From assembly GCF_009914755.1 (NCBI RefSeq), contig NC_060938.1: a DNA stretch of 64,000 nucleotides, one strand, 5' to 3'. Origin of the DNA: the human T2T-CHM13v2.0 reference genome, Homo sapiens. The position numbers were made by a program, and so were the translations under genes. The notes under the pieces were generated by a model. That model ran no database searches. It was not told where the DNA came from and saw only the letters and a list, made by a program, of their open reading frames with translations. Positions 21,632-38,825 of the stretch are shown here, piece after piece (positions within the stretch are counted from its first letter, which is position 1; the number at the start of each line of letters is the position of its first letter).

Positions 21632-21658
21632 ATGCCGAATAAAAACAAGAAGGAGAAA
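21632..21658 (+). CDS. PPP2R5C: PPP2R5C (PP2A B56-gamma) coding exon 1, MPNKNKKEK
   Basis: GCCATGC start; 27 nt followed by donor AAA|GTGAGT (phase 0). I recognise the peptide as the B56-gamma long-isoform N-terminus. Confidence 0.93.
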
Positions 21659-22642
21659 GTGAGTCCGGGCCCGGCCGCGGGACGGAGGGAGCAGGGAGGG
21701 ACTGCCGGGGGAGGGCGCGACGGCACCGGGGTCCTGCGCCCGGGCCCCGGCTCAGTTCCCCGCCTGACGCCGCGGGCTTCGCGTCCCCGAGGGCGGCCGA
21801 GCCAGGCATCCCCGGGCTTCTCTCGGCCTCATGCCCGGTGGGGGCGGGGAGCCCGGGGATCGCGCCGGAGCCGCGGGGCGCAGGCCCGGGCCGCTGGGAC
21901 CTTCGTGATGGGCCGGGGCTGGGCGTGGAGGGAGGGCGCGGCCCGGGGAGGGGGTCGGAGGGGCGCCCGTTTCCGACAGCGCGCCGTGGGCTTGGGCGGG
22001 CAGGTGCGGCCGCCGAGGGGGTTCGCAGCCTCGCAGGCTCCCGGAAAGGAGCTTCAGGGATGGGGGCTGTAGACGCCTGGGGAGGGACCCCTGTACGGGG
22101 GAAAGGGAGCGAGAAGGGACCCCGCTGAGAGCTGGTAAGGAATTCTCTGCCGCCCCGGAGGGACGCTCTGGGGCTCTCGAACACTATTATTATCCTGGGT
22201 GGCGGCGGCGGTGAGGGCTGCGAGCAAGGGTGCTGCGTTTGCATTCGGGGGGGCGGGTATGTTTCTGCTTCAGGTGGAGCTCTGTAGCGTTTCATTATCA
22301 CCCCAGAAATCCTCACTCATAGGGTTTAGGGTGGGAGGGTAGAAAGGGATGTGATGTGGATCTCAAAATGCCAGAAGCACTGTATAAAATTGGATTTATC
22401 TGTTTTCTGCTTGAAGTTTTCAACCTCAAATGCAGATAAAACGAAAAGAATCTGAATGGGGGTTGGGGGGCATTGCACTGTTGGAATCCTAAACGGTATG
22501 ATATAGAATTTCCTAATGGTATGAATTAAAAATATCAGAAGCTGTAGTTGTATAAATCACTTTTAAAACTGCATTTGGCTTATCTGATGTTTACCTGTCT
22601 AAAAAGTGAGAAGACTAATTGACTTTGCTTGATGTTTACCAG

Positions 22643-22708
22643 GAATCACCAAAAGCAGGGAAGAGTGGAAAAAGTTCAAAAGAAGGACAAGACACAGTAG
22701 AATCAGAG
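22643..22708 (+). CDS. PPP2R5C: PPP2R5C coding exon 2, ESPKAGKSGKSSKEGQDTVESE
   Basis: Acceptor TTTACCAG|GAA, branch-like CTAAT ~22615 and donor GAG|GTAACT; 66 nt, phase 0/0, in frame with exon 1. Confidence 0.93.
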
Positions 22709-22949
22709 GTAACTGTCATCAAATATTGACTTTGTATTTTATACACAGCTTTTAACTTCAGGTAGAAAAACCGAGAGTGATAAAGCCTAGAATCTTCTAA
22801 AATGTTTCCCTATGTGAGGTTTTTTTTTTGTGGTGTCTTTTATAACCCTCAATTTTAGTTGTTTAGGTATTTACTGTTTTGCTTTGGAAAACTATTAATG
22901 ATTTTATGAAAATTGTGCTTGCCTATGGGGTTTGTTTGTGGGTCTTTTG

Positions 22950-23416
<467 letters not shown>

Positions 23417-23741
23417 CCTGGATCTGGTATTTTTAAGTTCATTTCCCACACCTCAAACCCAGCAACCCTCCTGTATAGATTGGTCTTATGCAGTCTATGG
23501 TGTTGCTATGTTGCTTTTAGCTTTAGGGTCATCTCCCCACCGCCACTTCCATTGCAAGCTGCCAGGCAACTCAGTGGTTAGTTCTTTTTCTTCCATCACC
23601 TTGTTTTCCTTCAAACCACCTCTGCTACTGACGTCCTGGGCTAGCTCCCTATTTCTGTTGACGGTCCCTTGGCCTCTTTCTCCAATAATGTTGGTATTTG
23701 AAAAAATTTACCTAGTTTTGGTATTTTATTATTGTTCACAT

Positions 23742-23767
23742 TGTGTGTGTGTGTGTGTGTGTGTGTG
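23742..23767. repeat. (TG)n microsatellite
   Basis: Seen directly. Confidence 0.95.
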
Positions 23768-25273
23768 GGCGCGCGCACTTGCGCGTCGGCCACTTGTAAA
23801 TTTCTTTGCTTCTTAGCTTTGGCCTCATTGAGGAACAGCTGGAATGCCAAGTGAGCATTGCATCTACTTGACCAAGGTTGATGCTGTTCCTTCACACCGT
23901 GAAGTGCCTTCAGAGGATTTGCAGAGTCACCACTTTCCTTTGCCTTTTCTTCCTTGTGACTAATTGTTGAACTAGAGCACCTAGGGCCAAGGGTCCAGGA
24001 GCTGCGTGGACCCAGGCAGAGCCAGTAGGTCCTTTTGAATCCATGGGTAGCACATAATTGGGTTAATAGAGTGTCAGTTATCCAGAACTGGATCATTGAA
24101 GCCCCAGTCTTATCACAAATGACGTTTATTTGCCAGTGTCAGACTTCTTCCTGTAAGCCAAATTAGAATGAGTTCAGTTCTGTCTGGGAAACACAGTTAA
24201 CTGGCGATGATCTGCAGTGGACTTTTTTTTAGCCCTGCATTCTCTCTTTTCTATCATTTGGTGTATTCTGAACCTCCCTCCTCTTCAGCAGGTGGTTTAT
24301 TCCAGCAAATCTGTTGCCCTCCCCAAAGCAAAAAGCAGAAATCCAAAAGATTCCTTAAATGTCAATAGTTAGGATCATTTGTGCCAGTCTGTCCCTCCCT
24401 GTCTTTATAGCAGACAACTGAGGTTTACTGTGCCATGCTGGGATTTGACTTGTTTCTTTCTTCCCTGTCACCCTTTTGACTAAATTCATTTCGATGAAGA
24501 TGAAATGTAGGTGCTTTATGAAGGTATATGCTATATGCCTTTTTTTTTTTTTTTTTTGGTCTTTTGATCTTTCATTAAAACTGCTAAGATTTCTTCTCCC
24601 CAGAGCTTTCTTGCTAATGTGCCTATATCCTCTTACTTTAGCTATATTCCTTATACAAAGGAGCATCAGTGTGTATATATCATTTATTTCTATTTTTAGT
24701 GGGAAGATCCTGGCTGTAAGGATGAATAATGTTAAGTTTAAACCTGAAAAATCTCAGTAGTTCAAAGATACCAAAATCACTACTATGTGAAATGTGTGTT
24801 TTGAAAGCAGTTTGCCAGCCGTGTGAGACCTGCGGTGTGGCCTGCAGTGCCTGAGTATGATGCCCCACTTGTCTTTTTGTATTTTTTCTAGTGCTACTGT
24901 CTAAGAGCTGGAGCTACAGAGCTTGAAATTACCACTGAAAACACTGAAATGTTGGGCCCTTCACTGCTTCCTCATAAGGATACCAGAGGCAACCTGGCAT
25001 ATTAAGCTTGACACTTGGCAGATCACTGTGTAAATTGTTTTTCAGGAATACAAGTTGGGACACTTCTGTTCATTTGACCTTTGAGTTGACCCTTAAATTT
25101 TATTATTGTTTTTTTTCCCCTCAGTCTTCAGCTCACTGCTTCACTTCTAGTTCCACCCACTTACCAAATATGATTGACTCATGCAGGTGAATTAAACCAT
25201 TATTGCACACTTTTTCCCTCTCCTCTCTCTCAGTATTACTCTTAACTTGAATATTTTAACCTGAACAATTTAA

Positions 25274-25623
<350 letters not shown>

Positions 25624-27729
25624 CTTTCAAGCCTTTTAACATCATGTCACCTTCACAATGAGCAGTTGCTCCCATTACCCAGTGAACTCACCTTCTGATG
25701 GGACAGTTACCCTAGTTGGGGCTTCTCAGCCTTGAGAGATGTGCAGAGCAGGGACCTGTCCAGGGCAGAGCAGCCAGACAGCGTGGAAATAATCCAAACA
25801 GAGAAAGCATTCAAGAACTTGGCCTCTGGTTGACTTAACACACTACTTCAAGTATATGGCAGGTCTGTATAATAAACTCCTGCCTGTCTAGTCTTCAGCC
25901 TCATAGAAAGCAAGAAAGCAGGTGGCGTATGTTGCAGAACAATTCTTGGGTAGAACAAGGGGACATTTGATGGTTTGGGTTTTTCAGTAAGAAAGATGAA
26001 GTCCTGGAGTATAGGGTAGAGTGGTACAGTGGAAAATATTTCAGCTTGGGGGTTAGAAAATAAACATGCCGATTCTTGCTTTGCCATAAATGATGTCACC
26101 TAACTTGTGTGACCCTGTTTTCTCATCCCTAAAATGATTTGATAAGTTTAAGATTAGGCTATTTTTAAATGTATGGAAGAAATTGGGTGTTACCCTTCTT
26201 GAAAGACATTTTCCCTGCAAGTATGGCAGGCTGTATCTTTCAGTGTAACAAAGTTCTATTAAAGGTCATAACTGCTGCCCTGTAACTTTTGCCTTATTCT
26301 AGAAACTTCTACTCCTTGAATGACATGTGTTGGTACATGTTTCTTCTCTTTCAGATAGAATGGTTAATTTTGACTTGTTGCTTCTGCACACGTGTCCTGG
26401 AAATAAAAGTTTCTTCCCACTACTTATTGCTGATTTATTTCATAGGAAGTCTTAAGGAAAGAGGCAAAAAACGGGCTCATGGGTCACTTGAAGTTGGAAA
26501 ATTCTGTGGAGATTGACAAAGGAGACTCACTTTTGAGCATCTGTTCTCAGTGTAACCTTCAAATCTGTGGAAACATAACTAGGCACATTTTATGATTATT
26601 TAGAATGTTAATAAATTGCTCTGAGTTTCCTCAAGTCCATTTTGTAAGATCAGACCATAGGTGGGTGTTGTTTCTTTTAAGTGTGTGTACTGTGTCCAAT
26701 GTTACATTTTTAGAAGTGTTCATGCTTTTTGTAAAGTGATTCGTTTTAAGCACATTAAAGGTCGTTTGAGTATTGTCATGTATTTTACACCTGCTTCAGC
26801 TTAGTTTTGTTTGAAAGTCTCTACAGCAACTCTTACATAATATCTGTTGCTGAAGAGAAAGAACAATCCTCTCTCCAACTCGTTAGCTAGCTTTGCCACC
26901 TTCTACCTTTAGTAAATTTTTTCCTGTTATAATCTGTCCCTTTACATTCCAGTGCCACCACTCCCTGATGGTCTAGACCTAGGGAGACTGACAGTCGCCT
27001 CAGGTCGCATAGGTGCTAGGCGGAAGGGTAATTTTTTTAGAAATTAAAATTGAAATTTTAAAAATATTTAATAATACACCCATTAAATGTTAACAACATT
27101 GTTATGAAAAATATCTTTGCAAGAAATACTCCTTTTCACAGTCTCTGTAGCAAGAGTTTTTACCTGAGTAAGGAGGAGGACAAGGACAGTCATTTTGTTC
27201 GGCACAACTCCTCCAAGGAGAGCCCCTGACACCCCTGTAGGCTCACTTCTGAGCTTGGGGCTTTCGCTAGAACCTCCCATGCCTTAGCTTCCATCAGTCT
27301 CTTCCCACCTTTTTTTCCATACAACCCTAAGCTGAACTTGAGTGAAAGAGAAGACCAAGAGAAGTAATACTTTAAAAATCTTTTTGAAATTCATATGTAA
27401 TGATTATGGAGTAAATGGAATCATTTGCTTTTAATTGCCACGTCTTGGCTCCCTCTTCCCAGCGCCTCCCCATGGTCTTTCCTTAGAGCCCAGGGGCATC
27501 AGAAAGAGGTTCTGCGGGGAGGATCCATCCCTGGCAGCCGCAGCCTCAGCTCCCGAGCTTTGGGGTTGTTAGGAGGCAGATGTCCTGAGCTTGCTGCCCT
27601 TGAGGCTTGAGGGAGTGGTGGGTTCTTCCTTAGGCAGCTCCCTTCTCTAGCCCCCATTCCTGTCCTACATCACAAGCTGCAAGGTCGGTAGACCCCAGGT
27701 ACCTCCTTTGTGACCTCCACTGCTCTAGA

Positions 27730-27955
27730 CCAAGGGTTCCCATCTGAACACTTGACTGTGGGGCAAGATATTTTGTTGTGGGGCTGCCCAGTGGTCCTCT
27801 ACTTTGTAGGACATTCACCAGCATCCCTGGCCTTACCCCTGGATGCCAGTGGCCCACTGCCCCCACCAACTGTGACAACCAAAATGCATCCAGACATTGT
27901 CTGGACATTGTCTAATGTCTCCTGGAGGATCAAATCGCCCCCTGTTGAGCCACTG
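27730..27955. mobile_element. MER20
   Basis: CAGCATCCCTGGCCTTACCCCTGGATGCCAGTGG...TGTGACAACCAAAATG. Confidence 0.8.
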
Positions 27956-28049
27956 CACTATAAAGACACCTTTCCAAAATATGTACATTTGCTTACAAAC
28001 CATGCCTGGCACATATTCATCTGAGCATTATATTTCCTTTAGAACAGCA

Positions 28050-28860
<811 letters not shown>

Positions 28861-29566
28861 CCTTTCATCTTTTTAGCTCCAACTCAAGCTCATCTATCCA
28901 GAAACTTCAGCGAAGCTGTTTCTCACCATCTTGGACTGTGTGTCTTCCATATTTTAAATGCTTATAGCAATTACTTACTAGACCAGCGGCTGGCTGTATG
29001 CAGTTCTGTGTCATGTACACTGTGTTAGATGACCTTCGTTCCCCTGTGACTTGCCTTCCTAGCTAGATGCAGTCCTTGAAGGCATCAGTTGAGCTCGAGT
29101 CTTCTTTGATCTTGCCATATATATTAGGGCCTAGAGTCAAGAAGTATTGAGTTGGTGGGTTTTAAAAGTACTGAAAAGGAGACCTTGAAGTCAGTTAGGT
29201 TGCTGATTTTTCTGATACTGTAAATTAGCAACAACAATAAAAAACTTGTTTATTAAGAGGCTTATTTATCACTTTTTTGATCCAATAAGGGAACTCTAAT
29301 GTAGAATTTTTATTCAGTGTAATTCATTTTAAATAAATAACAGTATACTAAAGCAGAAGATTATGGTACTTAGGTTTTTTTCTAATGTCTTGGGAAAATT
29401 TTAAAAAGTAGAGTATTTTGGTTTTTTTCTTAGTTTTCTTTTACATATTCAGTGGAAAAAAGTGTAGTCTCATAAGATCTTGGTTAAAAGGTCAGTGGTA
29501 AAAAGTATAGCCTCATAAGATCTTATTTTAATTAAAGCACTTCAAAATAAGATTTCCATTTAAATA

Positions 29567-29899
29567 CAGTTATGCATCACTTAATGAGGGGGTACGTTCT
29601 GAGAGCTGTGTTGTTAGGCAATGTTGTTGTTTTGTAAACATGATGGCATGTGCTTAACACAAACCTAGGTGGTAGTCTGCTACACACCTAGGGCATATGG
29701 AATAGCCTGTCACTCCAGGCTACACACCTGTACAGCATGTCATTTAACTGAACCCTGTAGGCACCTGTAACACAATGGCAAGAATTTGTATATCTAAACA
29801 TAGAAAAGATACCATAAAAATATGGTGTTACAATCTAAGGCACCACCATCATTTGTGCAGTCTGTTGTTATCTGAAATGTCATTATGTGGCAGTGACTG
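29567..29899. mobile_element. Tigger3a/MER7-type TcMar-Tigger MITE
   Basis: TA|CAGTTATGCATCACTTAATG...ATGTGGCAGTGACTG|TA terminal inverted repeats with TA TSD. Confidence 0.8.
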
Positions 29900-30815
29900 T
29901 AAAGGTTTCTCTGTGATCTTTTATGCTTTGTGTTTCTTAATTTATTTTGGGAATGTTTCTCAGTAGAGCATAGCTACATATATATTTAATATGTTTTATA
30001 AGATAGGGTTTGTTTTGAGCATGTCTTGTTCTGTGCGAGCACTGTGTTGAGGATTGAGGAGATAAAGACCTGTTAGGAACTGAAGTAGTGGCTGTTTCCA
30101 TCATTTTTGAAGTGTAGCACCTGTTGCTTCTGGACATCCAGTGTACTTGGGAGTAACTTGGCCCCCACTCAGTTAGATCTTATTGTCCTTGAGTGGATGG
30201 GACAAGATGGAACCCATTTCATGTAAAGAGCCACCTGGAGCTTTGGGTGAGAAAATCAGATGCTTTAAAGCGTCTAGGGAGACACGGGCTTACCATAAAA
30301 TTATGGAGTTCCAGAAAGCACATTGGACCCTAGGGTGTGTATCATGGTTAAAGCCAATAGATAAGATCAGCATTCCTCTCCCTCTTCAGTAAAAGCTTCG
30401 CTACGGTATATGCAATTCTAGAAAGAGCTCATCAAGCAAATGATATGAAATCTAAAATTTTCCAGTTCAAGAAAGAAGCTCAAAGTTCCTACATTAAAGC
30501 AACAGCAGGGTGAATGGCAACTTATAGCCCTGCCATGTGATGGTGGAAAGGTTTCCACCTGCATCCTTAGCGGAGCTGAGTGAGTCAGTCTGCCACCAAC
30601 ATGAAATGCGGTGATGTTTTCCTAAATCACAGGGAAGATTCATCTGGAATATTTCAATTCGAAGATGGGTCTCCAGTGTTTCCTTAAACACTGGGTACCT
30701 GCCAAAGGGCAGGGCACAGCGGTGTCTGGTTTAGCACAGTGTCCTCTCTAATCACCTCACACGTTCCTATCAGTATGTTGTTTTAAGCAGAGACTCTCCA
30801 GTGCTCCTGCAGTGA

Positions 30816-31180
<365 letters not shown>

Positions 31181-31192
31181 TAAGATTGAGCA

Positions 31193-31487
31193 GCTGGGCA
31201 CGGTGGCTCATGCCTGTAATCCCAGCACTTTGGGAGGCCCAGGCGGGTGGATCATGAGGTCAGGAGTCAAGACCAGCCTGGCCAAGATGGTGAAACCCTA
31301 TCTCTACTAAAACTACAAAAATTAGCTGGGCTTGGTGGCAGGCATCTGTAATCCCAGCTACTCGGGAGGCTGAGGCATAAGAATTGCTTGAAAACCTGGG
31401 CGGCAGAGGTTGCAGTGAGCTGAGATCACACCACTGCACTCCAGCCTGGGTGACAGAGTGAGACTCCATCTCAACAACAACACAAAA
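31193..31487 (+). mobile_element. Alu
   Basis: Full dimeric Alu. Confidence 0.95.
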
Positions 31488-31636
31488 ATGGCCCCCAAGA
31501 GATTAATTTCAGATACCCTGCAGCCTGCAGGTGTTAGCTCTGACCAAGGGCTGGCATGGCCCGGTGGTAATATCAAATTACTAAGGGGCTCTGAAGGGGT
31601 TAGACCTGCCCTGGCCAAGATGTTTGTTGTTTGCTG

Positions 31637-31820
31637 CATATGGCTATTTTAAATTTAAATTTAAATTAATGAAAATTAAAATTATGTAAATAATTCAGTC
31701 CCTCAGTTGCACGGGCCACATTTCAAGTGCTCAGTAGCCACATGTGGCCAGCAGCTACTCTGTTGACCAGCAGATGTGGAACATTTGCAGCTTCACAGAA
31801 AGTTCTGCTGGACAGAGCTA
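31637..31820 (-). mobile_element. MER3
   Basis: GCCACATTTCAAGTGCTCAGTAGCCACATGTGGC...CAGAAAGTTCTGCTGGACAG. Confidence 0.8.
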
Positions 31821-32255
31821 CTTCAGACCCTACCAGTATTTTCCAAAATAATTCTTATGGGAGTGTATTTAATTTAATTGAACTTATTTTGTTACCTATC
31901 AATCTTCTTAATATGAAATATCAAATTTAAGGTTAAATTTAAAGGAAGAGAAGACTTATATTGGCAAAAGAGAAGGAAGTAGATAAAATTAAGGAAAGAG
32001 GAGGGCAAGAAGAAGAGGGAATGCATGGTGAGACGAGAGGGAGGCCCTGTCTACTGCTTGGTCTGTGGTTGGCCTACACCTGATACCCACACGAGAAAGA
32101 CTCCATTGCCCATAGGAGCGGGACTTGGACAGACCCAAGAGCAGTCACGACCTTTTGTCCTCCTAGTCTTTCTTTATAGACATTTTCTCTTATTTATTTA
32201 TTTATTTTGGGTTCAAAACACAAAATTTATTTTGGGTTAAAAAATAAAGTAATGC

Positions 32256-32606
<351 letters not shown>

Positions 32607-33446
32607 TCAGACCTGCTTCACAGAGCACAGCCACTTTGTCCTGCTGATTATGAATGGGGCCACTGTCCAGAACACGGAAGCTGTGCAATGTGGCAGAGGC
32701 TGGGCTCTGGAGTCAGGTCCCCCTTCTGTCCCCTGGAGGGATCATACCCTCTCTCGGTATCATGTTCCTGTTTATCTTGGCCGATTTCTCTGACATTGCG
32801 GCTTCCCTCCAGGGGATTCCTTCATTCTCAGTCATCCAGCAGGTTCATTCTGAGACCTGGCATGTGCTGAGCACCATTGCGGGTGCAGAGTTCCTGCACT
32901 CGTGGAGTTTGCCTCCAGTGAGGGCACAGAAGTGGAGTGTGGAGCTGCAGGTGTTTTCTGCGGGGCACTAGTGACATTGGGCGTGAGAGCGTCTCACCTT
33001 TGCAGAGCAATGGCCCTGGGGATCTCAATACCATGATGACAACCAAAACCACTCACATAGCTCCACACACCACTGGTGGACAGGACCCTCTGGCAGCCCC
33101 TCTGCTGGAGATTGGGAGGCTGCTTCAGGTGGTCAAGGATGGTCTCACCAAGCAGATGACATGAAAAGTGAAATGTGAATGTCAAGAAGGAGGCCACAGT
33201 GCAAAGATCTAGGGCAAGATATTCATTCAGCCAGAGGCAGCAGCTAGTGCAAAGGCCCCATGGAGGAAGTGAGTTTGCCGTGTCCACTGCCAGGTGTTCA
33301 GTTGACTAAGGAAAAGTGAGGGTAGGCAGAGCAGGAGGGATGGAGGTAGGGAGCCGAGCACAGACAAGGTAGGGTAAGATCTTATAAACAGCCTGCCTAG
33401 ACAGGGTTTTGGGATTTTGGCAGGGAGGGGGAGTTGTTTTGGGGTT

Positions 33447-33735
<289 letters not shown>

Positions 33736-34559
33736 TTGGGCTTTGAGTTTTTATTCTGAGGGTCATGGGAAGCCACTGGGGTGTTTTGAGTAGGGAAGTA
33801 AGAGGATCTTCCTAGCTGCTATGTGGGAACGAGGGGCAAGAGCTGAACAAGGAGACCAACTGGAAGACTTTGCTTCTCAGATGAAGGGTTTCTTTGTTCA
33901 CACAGGCAAAGATGAGGCACTGGCACAGCTGGCTGTGGGTGGGCTTGTCATCTGACCACTTGCTTTAGAGGCCTTGGCTGGGAGCTGGCTCTTGTGACTT
34001 TTGGCCCCTAGAGACTAAACTGCAGAGAATTTGCTTTGAGGTGCCAGCTCCTACATTAGCAGCCTTAGTTTTTCCTAGACAGACTGGTTTCTTTGGAGAA
34101 TCCCTTTTTCTTGTCATAACCACTCAGTTTACCAATGTTCTGCAGAGAAGGTGTGTGGGGATAAGGTGGCTATGGAGAGATCAGTATTCAGACCTAACAT
34201 CAATCTCCTTTTCAGCTGCATATCTCACTCCTATTCTCTGCTATACCCAGTCTCTGAGTGCGTGGCCTCGGGGGGATTCTGTAGGGACAGAGCACCTGCT
34301 TTCTCCCTCCAGCCCCACGCTGCTTTGTGGTTGCCAGATGGAAGTTGCATCTGTTGAATATTGCTATGCTGAGATGCACCAGTGACTGCCTCCGCAAATC
34401 TTTTTATTACTGGAGGTCGTAACTTGCCTCTTCCTTCACTCTCACTTGTAAGGCAGGCTCAGGAGGTTTGCTGATTGTGAGTGCATCATCGACCTTGATC
34501 AGGGAAATCTGTCCTGTTTTCCTTTATTTCTTCCTCTCATCCAGAAATTGTTGTCCTGG

Positions 34560-34785
34560 CACGAGAATCAGTAAACCTTTTTCTGTAAAGGGCCAGATAG
34601 TAAATATTCAAGGCTTCAGGGGGCGCGTGGTCTCTACTGCAACTACTTAACTCTGCTGTTGCAGCAAGAGAGAAGCCACAGACAACAGGTGGATAAACAG
34701 ACGTGAGTGTATGCCAGTAAAACTTGATTTACAAAAATAACCAGGAGGCCAGATGTGGTTCATGGGCTGTGGCTTCCCAGCCGCG
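34560..34785. mobile_element. MER58A-like DNA transposon
   Basis: TTCTGTAAAGGGCCAGATAGTAAATATT...GCAACTACTTAACTCTGC...TTTACAAAAA. Confidence 0.8.
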
Positions 34786-36369
34786 GCCTACTGGAATCCA
34801 AATCGGGTTCAGCACTTGGAGAAGCTGCTAGTATTGGTCCCTGGGCCTGTATCTGAAACCAGTACTAGCCATGGTCTGTGGAAGAGGTATCTTTTTTGTT
34901 TGACTCTATTCACCATCTAAGAGATACTGAGAGATCAGTGATTCGGCCCTGCCCAACTGAACAATAAATATCTTATATCTAGTTGTGAATTTTGAGAATT
35001 GCAGTGTTTAAATGAAGGGAAAGAGCTGCTTGTTTCATTTGGTAAATCCCTTATATGATAAAACATCTAGGAGAGAGGCTTTGTCACAAATCCAGTTGCC
35101 CATTTTGCTGTTTCCATGAAATATTTCAAAGTAGAGAAACTAATAGACTTCCATGTATCTGCTGCACAGATTGCCTTTTACTCCCAATATACTGGGGTGC
35201 TGTTGCCTGGCTGCACGGAAGGTTGTGGGGTGTGAGGGCACTTGGACATTCGGGCTTGCTGTGTCTCTGTTAGAAACTAATGGGGCGTTGTCCCTGAGCG
35301 TGAGGGACACCTCTGGCATCTTGTTTCCTCTACCTGAGGAAGTGCAGCCATGCTTGTTGGGAAGACTTGGGAGAGGACCATGTACCACTGAGGCAGGTAA
35401 CACCCTTTGCCTCTGTACCTCCCTGTGGGCCTGGCAGTGGGGCTGGGCCCAGGGCCAGCAGTCCACCTACCCTGGCTAGGAACCTGAACTCCTGCATAAT
35501 TTCAAGGCCCTTCTGGGCAACACCTTGCCTTGCCATGTGGACTGGCCACCTCATCTTTCCTTGTCTCCAGACACCCCCACCACCTCCTTCCCCCAGCCAG
35601 AGACTCCAGAATCCCAGATCCTCACAGCAAGACACATCCTCCCCCAGGGACCCCGTGTCTGTTCAGTGGAGAGGCTCTGGGAAGGGGAGGGAACGACTTC
35701 CTCTTTATTCCCGTAGCTTCCATTTGAGTGGCCGACAAGTGTCTCAAATAGCATTTCAGATTGTGCCCCCCCCCCACTCCACCCCCGCCTTCCTCCTAGA
35801 AAATGCAGCTGGTGCTCGTGTGCAGCCACTGTTCAGACACGTGGAGGCCACAGTGCTCGCTTGGAACCCTCTGGGACCACCGACTTTCAGTGGCTTCTAC
35901 TGAAGGGAAGGGCCGACTATTTTGATTTGGGTTTGACAGATAATACTGAGTTTGAAAAATAATTTCCCATCATTAAGCCAGACATCAAGAGGCCAAAGTA
36001 AATTCTAGGTCATCTCTCCCCTCACTGAGTGAGTTCCCTGTAACCAGCATTCCAGAAGAGGGCGAAAGGGGAAGAATCAAGTCCTTTTTTTTTAGATGTT
36101 GCCCAAACCAGATCGCTAAACAGTATCATACCTTTTTACTGCGATTTCTTATCATTTTAAGATAGATACCCAGTTTTTATTTTAGGAGTAAACACTTAAA
36201 CTGAGGAAGCACACCTGTTGTTTCTCACTTCCTATTCAGCCAACACTAATGCCTTCTCTGTACTGAGAACAGCTGATCCTCCCAAAGCGTGTGTGTCTCC
36301 CTGTCTTCGTGGGGCCCTTGCTGTTCTCACCATAAGCCCAGAAGACTCAAGGATGCTCAGCGGGTCGTG

Positions 36370-38480
<2,111 letters not shown>

Positions 38481-38515
38481 CTACCTTGAGCCAGATGCAC
38501 TTTTAAAAGATCCAA

Positions 38516-38825
38516 GGCTGGGTGCGGTGGCTCACCACACCTGTAATCCTAGCACTTTTGGGAGGCCACAGCAGATTGGATTGCTTGAGCTTAGGAGTTC
38601 AAGACCTGCCTGGACAACATAGTGAGACCTTGTCTCTACAAAAAATACAAAAATTAGCCAGATGTGGTGGTGAGTGCCTGTAGACTAAGCTACTCAGGAG
38701 GCTGAGGGAGGAGAATCATTTGAGCCCAGCAGGTTGAGGTTGCAGTGAGCTGTGGTTGTGCAATTGCACTCCAGCCTGAGTGACAGACAGACCCTGTCTC
38801 AAAAAAATTAAAAATAAAAATAAAG
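38516..38825 (+). mobile_element. AluJ-like element
   Basis: Full Alu with A-rich tail. Confidence 0.9.

Larger units (their letters stand above)
19880..22260 (+). promoter_or_regulatory. PPP2R5C: CpG island / promoter of PPP2R5C long isoform
   Basis: Very high GC and CpG density surrounding exon 1, with CCAAT box GACCAATGG (CCAAT 21278-21282), many GGGGCGGGG GC boxes, E-box CACGTG (~19890), ETS-like CGGAAGT (~19995) and an inverted CCAAT (~20148). Confidence 0.9.

Noticed and set aside
20115-22316. Many overlapping 100-274 aa ORFs across the CpG island, including 21299-22072 in frame with the PPP2R5C ATG
   Set aside because: Stop codons are scarce in very GC-rich repeats. Only the 27-nt MPNKNKKEK segment has splice support, and there is no evidence for an N-terminal extension.
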